Shown here in pieces: positions 57,236 to 64,000 of a stretch of 64,000 bases of DNA. A program made the position numbers and the translations under genes. The notes beneath the pieces are model-generated. The model was not told the origin of the DNA and did no database searches. It worked only from the letters and a program-made list of their open reading frames with translations. The stretch lies in the IMG/VR virus record IMGVR_UViG_3300031566_004355, one strand, 5' to 3'. Origin of the DNA: an uncultured virus (IMG/VR IMGVR_UViG_3300031566_004355) (lineage: Duplodnaviria; Heunggongvirae; Uroviricota; Caudoviricetes). Every line of letters starts with the position of its first letter. Positions within the stretch are counted from its first letter, which is position 1.

Positions 57236-58639
57236 TTGACTGGTTCTAAACTAACAACTCTAGTCGTTGGTGCGGTCGCGTTCGCCTACTACGCGCTCTT
57301 GAGTGCCAAGAGTTACACTTGGGTCTTCGTATCCTACGACTCTGGGGACTGGCTTGCGTGTGCGAACTGGTGGATGGTACCGCAACCTTACGGAAGTCCG
57401 TTGTACATATTACTGTGCAGACTAGTCGGCATGTTTCCGGGAAGCCAGGCCGTTAACATGACACTAATACTTTCGGTACTACCTGCTGCAATCTCGGTAG
57501 CGCTAGTGTATGCCATAACAATCAAGCTGACCGACAGACGACTTATTGCAATAGTGGCCTCTTGCGCGCTTCTAGCTTCGGTAGTAGTGCTCACTCAAGC
57601 AACCGTAGTAGAGCAGTATTCACTCGCGGTTATGTTCCTCACTCTCGCTCTGTACTTGCGGCTCCAAGGAAGACCTAAACTGACTGCACTGGCACTCGGG
57701 TTCGGCGCCGCAGTGCACATAATAGTACTTCTGGTCGCGGTGTTCTGGTTAGTAGCCGACTACAAGTACTGGCGTAGGAACGTCCGTGCAATCGTTATCG
57801 CGGGCGCGACAATCACAGTCTCCTACAGCTTTATACTAGTCCTAATGGCTATGGACACGCCTAGGCTGCTTGCAGGAGGCCTCAGCGTGACCAATGTACT
57901 AGACTACATAACAACTACTGGGGGCGCTGTAGTAGGCCAGCTAAGCATCTTCGAACTCCCACGGAGGGTTTGGGACATGTTCAGGATATTACTGGTCTCG
58001 CTCGGTCTAACAATAGTACCCATCTACGTCGGGCTTCGCGGCTCTGTACCCTACCTGAAGCCAGCACTACTCGGAACTGTCGCGGCTGCAGTAGGCTACT
58101 ACTTCATATGTGTCGACTATACTACATGGACGTTTCTGGCCTTCGCGGCTCCTAGCCTCGCTATCATAGCTGGTGTAGGACTCAGCAAGCTTCACCCTAA
58201 CCACACTAAGGTAGTACTCGCGGGGTGTATATGCCTCGCAGTGCTCAACGGGGTGTTCATGAACGCTGACGTCCTGACACGTCAGAATCCAGTAGCCCGA
58301 GAGTACTATAACACACTCAAGGGGATGCCCGCAGGTACAACTATCGTCGTTAACGCAGGGTACTACAGTTTGGGTCTATTTTACGCACTAAGCACCGGCT
58401 CGGACCTCGTTCCTATTATCCACCCATACATGGATGATTGGGAGTTCGAGGACTATCGTATGTGGTTGGATGAGACTTATGGCCTCGGGTCCTGGCAGGG
58501 CGCGAACACTACGGACCTGGTCGGACTGGCCTTAATGCGCGACCCCGACGTCTACTTCTTTGGTAACGACCCCGAACTCGAGAAGTGCTTGGAATTCGAA
58601 GAGGTTGGGAACCTCAGAAAGATTGTAGGAGTACGATAG
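57236..58639 (+). CDS. GT-C glycosyltransferase (DUF2723/TMEM260-like)
   Basis: DSGDW...PQPYG.PLY.LL, QATVVEQYSL; multi-TM. Confidence 0.75.
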   Translation: MTGSKLTTLVVGAVAFAYYALLSAKSYTWVFVSYDSGDWLACANWWMVPQPYGSPLYILLCRLVGMFPGSQAVNMTLILSVLPAAISVALVYAITIKLTDRRLIAIVASCALLASVVVLTQATVVEQYSLAVMFLTLALYLRLQGRPKLTALALGFGAAVHIIVLLVAVFWLVADYKYWRRNVRAIVIAGATITVSYSFILVLMAMDTPRLLAGGLSVTNVLDYITTTGGAVVGQLSIFELPRRVWDMFRILLVSLGLTIVPIYVGLRGSVPYLKPALLGTVAAAVGYYFICVDYTTWTFLAFAAPSLAIIAGVGLSKLHPNHTKVVLAGCICLAVLNGVFMNADVLTRQNPVAREYYNTLKGMPAGTTIVVNAGYYSLGLFYALSTGSDLVPIIHPYMDDWEFEDYRMWLDETYGLGSWQGANTTDLVGLALMRDPDVYFFGNDPELEKCLEFEEVGNLRKIVGVR

Positions 58640-58941
58640 TGCGAACCAGAACCGCGGTAATAGCATACACAGCCTTAGGAGCCCTCACTGTCGGTGCCTA
58701 CTTCTCTGTAAAGGACTTTCTGGCGTGGCCTACACACCGCTACATCGTAGTGTCGAACGTCACTGTTAGCTACGTCCTAGCACTAATCCTCGTGGGCGTC
58801 CTCAGTCCAAGAATTACTCGAAGAATCTGGCCCAAAGCACCTAAATGGGCTTTTGCAATCGTAGCGGTAGGTCTAGCTCTAGCTGTCGTAGGTATTCTGG
58901 ACCTACTAGGAGCGCCTACGCGACTATAATGGAGGTATATT

Positions 58942-59253
58942 ATGGGAGTCTTAGACGGCTTAATGAAGGCGGCTCGGAGCGTACGCTCCAGGCAGCAGTC
59001 ACAGTACTATCGTAGGCTGCAGACGGACACGCGACGCGCCAAAATGGAGCGGGAAAAGGTACGCCTAATACGTAGAGCTAACAAAGAGAAGGACCGTGCG
59101 CGTCGAGAAGCGAAGAGCATGAAGCCCAAGCGTAAGTTCAAGTTCATGGGCGACCTGCGAGAGTTCGCAGGACGCATCCCTAGCGATACAGACCTCAACA
59201 AATCCATATTCGGCGCAACCTCGCCTAAGCGCCCTAAGGACACACTCCGATGA
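58942..59253 (+). CDS. Basic hypothetical protein
   Basis: SD GGAGGT; K/R-rich. Confidence 0.55.
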   Translation: MGVLDGLMKAARSVRSRQQSQYYRRLQTDTRRAKMEREKVRLIRRANKEKDRARREAKSMKPKRKFKFMGDLREFAGRIPSDTDLNKSIFGATSPKRPKDTLR

Positions 59254-59433
59254 AGAACAACAAACGACCTGTATTCCGGGTACGATTCAAGGAGATAGGT
59301 ACTGGTCGAGATGGGGGGTTCGGACCTGTCAAATCCTTCAGGACTACGGCACGCGACCCTCAAGCTGCTACACGGAAACTTCGGAAGAAAGGTGTCAGGG
59401 TGCTTTCGGTGCGCCGAGCAAAATGAGCCTTCC

Positions 59434-59477
59434 CTATCAGGATGTGCTTGCGTTCTGTTGCGGACATATGATATAAT
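59434..59477 (+). promoter_or_regulatory. Promoter P5: box CTATCAGGATGTGC, -35 TTGCGT, TGATATAAT
   Basis: GATGTGC 59441-47, TATAAT 59472-77, 24-nt gap. Confidence 0.8.
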
Positions 59478-59514
59478 GAGGTGTAATAAACAAATCGCTC
59501 CCACGTAAGTTGCG

Positions 59515-59811
59515 ATGTACGAAGATATTGTGAAGCACGCCCCAGCAGCTGCTCGACAGCGTATTCAAATATACGCTGAAAGTGTTGAGGAGGTAGAAGA
59601 CCCTGCCGAGCTCCTTGAAAAGTATGGTGTAAAGGACCTCAAGGAACTTGTTCAGCATCTTGTAGAGTACGAGTCTGGTACGCCCTACGACGTTGGTACT
59701 GACAAGCTCATCCCGGACTACAAGCTGTTCTGGGAAATGTTGGACAAGGTCTATGGTACTGAGAAGAACGCTGTAGACGAGATACGAAGTAAACAAGGGG
59801 GTAAAATGTGA
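59515..59811 (+). CDS. Hypothetical protein
   Basis: First ORF after P5. Confidence 0.55.
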   Translation: MYEDIVKHAPAAARQRIQIYAESVEEVEDPAELLEKYGVKDLKELVQHLVEYESGTPYDVGTDKLIPDYKLFWEMLDKVYGTEKNAVDEIRSKQGGKM

Positions 59812-60023
59812 GCCTGTACTATAACGAGCGAGCAGCGTTAGCTTTAGCGTTACGTAGACACGTTAATAATGCTCCGGCAAGCGAGTACGACGACGACATG
59901 AAGAAGTATCTAGTCGACCTTATCAACAAGTTCAGAGACCACGGCTATGCAGTCATAGTACACGGCAACGATAAGTTTCAACAGGAAGCATTTGACGAGC
60001 TGCTTAGGCACGCTCTAGAGTAG
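59808..60023 (+). CDS. Hypothetical protein, paralog of 61105..61368
   Basis: MSLxYxER..xALRR...NAP..EY. Confidence 0.6.
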   Translation: MSLYYNERAALALALRRHVNNAPASEYDDDMKKYLVDLINKFRDHGYAVIVHGNDKFQQEAFDELLRHALE

Positions 60024-60566
60024 GAGGTAAGTAATATGCAACTAGGAATGCGTTCATTCAGAGTATATTGTTCCGAAACAGACCTTGACAAGAACGTTCG
60101 TGCTCTCGACGAAAGCGACGCGCTTAGACAGGCAGGCATAGACCCTACAATGGCTACAGTCGAGAGTGCAGATGGCCACCGAGTCATTCTCAACGTTGAA
60201 GGTAACGCCGTCGTAATTTACGACTCAGGTTACTAGTAAGTAAGGGGGTAAGTAACATGCCAACAAATCAGAAACGAAAGTCCAAGAAGCCCTACTGGCG
60301 AGAGTTCTCTACCCTTGGTAAAGACCCTACAGACCCACAGGGCATAAGAACGGTAAAGCTTCCAATCTATTACCTGTTCAACACCGAGGGAACTATGCGA
60401 GGCTATGCCCAAGCTAAGGCGAACGGTTCGTGGGTAACTGCTGTAGGTCGTCCGAGTGTGCAAATAAGCAATACTGCTACTACGGCCGAAGAAGCCAAGA
60501 AGCTTATAGAGGACACTATAGCTGAGTGGGGACTATGAACTCTGCAGTACAAGGAGGGTTAGTGTT

Positions 60567-60791
60567 ATGAGCGTCACAACACACAAGACAATGAGGTTAA
60601 CGAGGGCGCCTGAGGTCGAGGGACCGAATGTTACTCACACTTGGAACGCGCTCTTCGATACCTACGGCTACGAGACCTTTCATCCAATTGAAGCCTTAGG
60701 AGCCTTACGGGCCACCAGGGGCATCCGGAGAGACGTAGCCGAGGCACAGCTAAACAAACTCGTAGAGCTGGGGCTCGCAACAGCACCCTAG
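60567..60791 (+). CDS. Small winged-helix-like protein, similar to 43214..43414
   Basis: YG...F....A..A...A...LNKLVELG. Confidence 0.5.
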   Translation: MSVTTHKTMRLTRAPEVEGPNVTHTWNALFDTYGYETFHPIEALGALRATRGIRRDVAEAQLNKLVELGLATAP

Positions 60792-60816
60792 GACATACTC
60801 TGGAACAGGAGATGAG

Positions 60817-61104
60817 ATGGCTAATTCTGCAAGGGTAATAAGAGTCGATGGCTTAGTAACAGACCTCGACCATCGTCCAACCTTGACGGAGGCCCAAGGC
60901 ATAGTCGAGGGCTACCTTGAGCTAGTTAAGGTAAAGGACGCTATGACCGGACACACCGTAACACTAGTCGTAAATGAGGACGGAAAGCCCACGGGACTGC
61001 CAGTCAATTGGGTCGCGACCAACGAGTACGGGGCATTTGTGTCTGGAGGTGTCCTTGTCGGAAATGTTATAGTATTGACCGGCTGGCAGACTGTAGGAAA
61101 CTAG
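60817..61104 (+). CDS. DUF3846-like protein
   Basis: EAQGIVEGYLE, VNEDGK, LPVN..AT, LVGNVIV. Confidence 0.7.
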   Translation: MANSARVIRVDGLVTDLDHRPTLTEAQGIVEGYLELVKVKDAMTGHTVTLVVNEDGKPTGLPVNWVATNEYGAFVSGGVLVGNVIVLTGWQTVGN

Positions 61105-61368
61105 ATGAGTCTAACATATGCCGAGAGACAACCCGTAGTAGCTGCGCTCCGACGCTACCTATACAATGCACCCGATACCGAGTATAGCGCTTCGGAGAAG
61201 ATGCAACTGCTCGCTGTCATCGACGAGTTCGAGCGATGGAGCTATAGCATAGTTGCAGGTGCACCCGAAGCCGAGGCATTCTACGAGCTGGTGCAGAAGG
61301 TGTCGCCCTGGAGTCTTCCAACTTCGCCAAGACCCCACGATAAGGTGTTCAACACATTCTACCTATAA
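61105..61368 (+). CDS. Hypothetical protein, paralog of 59808..60023
   Basis: MSLTYAER..VAALRRY..NAP.TEY. Confidence 0.6.
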   Translation: MSLTYAERQPVVAALRRYLYNAPDTEYSASEKMQLLAVIDEFERWSYSIVAGAPEAEAFYELVQKVSPWSLPTSPRPHDKVFNTFYL

Positions 61369-61951
61369 GGAGGTACAAGATATGACAAAGCTCACACCTG
61401 AAGAAAAGCAAGCACTTCGTACTATAATCGACAATCTCGGCACCACTGTAGCAGACCAGGACGTACTGAAAGACGTCGAGTTCTCGGGTCTTAGCAAAGA
61501 CAGCGCGAAGAGGGTACTTACAGTCTACAAAACGTTGTGCAAGGACCTCCAGAACTGGCTGAACAACGAACTCGATGAGTATTAGTATAAGCACCAACAC
61601 ATCTGTACTACGCCAACTCCATAGGATGAGGAGGTAACATATGAACAAGCACCAACGACTCAAAGAGTACGGAATGTACATCCGTAAGAACAGTCGGAGT
61701 ATGTACAACCTCGGCTGGACAGATTCACAACGTCCCGGAGGCCTAGCCGAGTTTCCTACGTGGGACGATGCCTACAATGCGTTCGAGGATACCGTGCTCT
61801 GCTTCTGGGACGCTCGGATGGAAGACTTCCAGACATATATGGAAGAGAGCCTGTACCACGCACAAAAGAGTCCTCAACTAGAAAGGGCTCATACCGAACA
61901 CGAACAGCATCTCGAGGAGTCTCGAAATAAACTGTATGACCTAACGAAGCT

Positions 61952-62278
61952 ATGAAGCTGTACCATGGTACGACCGATAAGCACATACAAGACATACTAC
62001 GTGAGGGACTACAACCACCTTTTGAGGACACTCAGGTGTCCCTTACCGACGACTACGAGCTTGCAGTTTCGTACGCCACCGATGCAGCTAACCTAGCAGG
62101 AGGCAAACCAACCGTCCTGACAGTCTTAGTAAGTCGGGCACGCGAAGGCTACCTTGCAGAATTCGACGTCCCGAGCGTACCTCCTAAGGATATCGTTAAG
62201 GTCGAGCGTGTTCGACCTGTTGCGTCGACAGAGCATACAGAGATTGTGAAGCGCTTAATAGAGAAAAGAGGCGAATGA
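61952..62278 (+). CDS. Small ADP-ribosyltransferase-fold protein
   Basis: KLYHGT...I.DI.REGL.P...VSLTDD...A.SYA...VPPKDI. Confidence 0.65.
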   Translation: MKLYHGTTDKHIQDILREGLQPPFEDTQVSLTDDYELAVSYATDAANLAGGKPTVLTVLVSRAREGYLAEFDVPSVPPKDIVKVERVRPVASTEHTEIVKRLIEKRGE

Positions 62279-63080
62279 GCAAGGTACAACAGCACTCCAG
62301 ACGAAGTCAGATGGCCGTGGACGCCTATAATGTTTTGGCGGAGATGGGTATACCCCTACACACTGACTTCATCGCAAAGCTTGTCTACCATCGACGCGGA
62401 ATAAACCTCGACAAGCACCCTTGGTGGTCGGAGGAGTACAAGAAGCTGACCAAGCAGGTACGCGACGCGATTTATGCACACTCGGAGCTGTTCGAGAACC
62501 AAGGGACGCCCGGAGTGTACTTTCTAACTGGAAAGCGTCCCAACATTCGTAGCTATGATACAATTACGGAGGTACCATGAACAGCCTGTACTCAGTTTTA
62601 TACGACGACGGTAGCGGCCGCGGAATGGGTCCGTCTGGACAAGAAGTATTCCACACTCGTTCTTCCACACCTGAGGCTGCCATCCGCAAAGTGATGAAGC
62701 ATCAAGGATGGAAAGAGATTCCTAACATTGCAATCGACCACCTCGCAAACGGCGACCTAGAGTATTACTACGACGGCTCGACTTGGACTGCTTCGGTCGT
62801 AAAGGAGTTACCGTAAAATGACTGCAACGCATCCAAACCCTGAGTTTGTGGAGGGTCCGTTCTTCCTACTTGAGTCTACAGTGCATCCGCACATAGGCAA
62901 GCGTGTAGTCATTTGGGCGTCTGACGACTCCGCCGCACGTCAGGTATTTGGCTTCAAACTGGCTCTTCCTCTACCTTACCACATTCTCTCATACCTTGGA
63001 GGCCTCGACGACACTAAAAACTCCCTAAACCTGAGCCAAGCACAGCTCGCAGACCTTTATCGGGACGGATATGTAAGACT

Positions 63081-64000
63081 ATGAACTTCACTAAAGAGCT
63101 TTACCCATACCAACGTGTAGACGTGGACAAGATGAAGTCCCTTCCTAAGTGCTTGAACCGCAATCCTATGGGACTCGGAAAGACCATTGAGGCTCTAGCG
63201 CTTTGTCACGACCTCGACATGCAACACGTGCTCATCGTGTGCAAGAAGAGTCTAGTGGGTGAGTGGTTCTGGCAGACCGAGAGTGTGCTGGGAGAAGGTG
63301 CTCTGACTCCGCATGACAACGGACAATACGACCACAGACTCGCAGGTCTCGACCTGAAGGCTCCGAGGTTCGTAGCCGTGAACTACGACTTGATTGCAAT
63401 ACCACAGTACCGAAGTATTTTAACCGCAGTACCTTGGGACTTGGTTATATTCGACGAGGCACATCGCCTCAAGAACTACAGCTCCAAGCGAACTCTCGGA
63501 GCCTATGCACTAACGTACCGAGTGCCGCGAGCTCTGTTTCTTACGGGAACACCAATCCGAAATACTCCCCTCGACCTGTTTCCCCTGTTCCACATGATGA
63601 ACCCTCGTGAGTATACCAGCTGGAAGCGCTGGCGAGACTGGTTCTGTGTCACAGAACGTGAGGAGATATGGCTCAAGAACCCTTACACGGGCAAACCCGC
63701 CCCACGATACATCACGAAAATACTACCCGGAACCAAGAACGAGGAGCAGCTAGCCCAGCTTCTCACCTTATACTCTGTTTACAACGAGAAGTCTGAGGTG
63801 ATGCCTCAACTACCCCCGAAGCAGTACCGTACTATCCCCGTCGAGCTCGGACCTGAGAAGAAGCAATATGAAACCATGCAGGAGGAGTACTTCGCACTTC
63901 TGGACAGCGGCGTCGAGATTACTGCACAGGTAGCAGTCGCACAAATGATGCGACTCCGTCAGATATGCCTCGACCCCAACACACTCCTGCCTGAGCCTCC
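63081..64000 (+). CDS. SNF2-family helicase (truncated by the window end)
   Basis: Manual translation from ATG 63081: LYPYQ, MGLGKT, NYD, IFDEAH, LTGTPIRN; open to the end of the window. Confidence 0.88.
   Translation, partial: MNFTKELYPYQRVDVDKMKSLPKCLNRNPMGLGKTIEALALCHDLDMQHVLIVCKKSLVGEWFWQTESVLGEGALTPHDNGQYDHRLAGLDLKAPRFVAVNYDLIAIPQYRSILTAVPWDLVIFDEAHRLKNYSSKRTLGAYALTYRVPRALFLTGTPIRNTPLDLFPLFHMMNPREYTSWKRWRDWFCVTEREEIWLKNPYTGKPAPRYITKILPGTKNEEQLAQLLTLYSVYNEKSEVMPQLPPKQYRTIPVELGPEKKQYETMQEEYFALLDSGVEITAQVAVAQMMRLRQICLDPNTLLPEP

Noticed and set aside
177..59477. Archaeal host
   Set aside because: Promoters are -35/extended -10 type with bacterial spacing rather than BRE-TATA; PolA and lipobox signals also favour bacteria
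97..62563. The many minus-strand ORFs in the six-frame track
   Set aside because: Nearly all lie antisense to well-supported + strand genes or elements, and I saw no recognisable motifs in them; treated as shadow ORFs

Overview
This 64 kb window looks like most of a dsDNA virus genome. Essentially every credible gene is on the + strand, in about five operons, each started by a sigma70-type promoter (TATAAT, mostly TGnTATAAT) that carries a shared upstream box, CTAnnnGATGTGC. These promoters, GGAGG Shine-Dalgarno sites and lipoprotein signal peptides point to a bacterial host. Left to right the window holds: (1) a palindrome-rich left end with two paralogous small proteins and a divergent protein-primed-type family B DNA polymerase; (2) early/accessory genes (MarR, ThyX, dUTPase) and a cluster of structured, partly tRNA-like non-coding elements; (3) a replication and DNA-modification operon (AAA_24 ATPase, DUF669-like SSB, MCM-like helicase, Cas4-like nuclease, class II RNR, UDG-fused family A polymerase, and QueC/QueD/QueE/FolE plus a TGT/DpdA-like enzyme for 7-deazaguanine DNA modification); (4) a morphogenesis operon with no recognisable terminase, portal or HK97 capsid. 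It has instead a basic nucleoprotein, a 74-aa two-helix hydrophobic protein resembling the major capsid proteins of archaeal spindle-shaped viruses, many membrane proteins, a 2039-aa protein, a Zot-like ATPase and a lipid-anchored fibre; (5) a lipid-linked glycosylation cluster; (6) small genes and a truncated SNF2 helicase. My best overall inference is a non-tailed, probably spindle-shaped or enveloped, glycosylated virus of a bacterium with a two-polymerase, end-initiated replication system. All family assignments come from motifs read by eye; no database searches were run.
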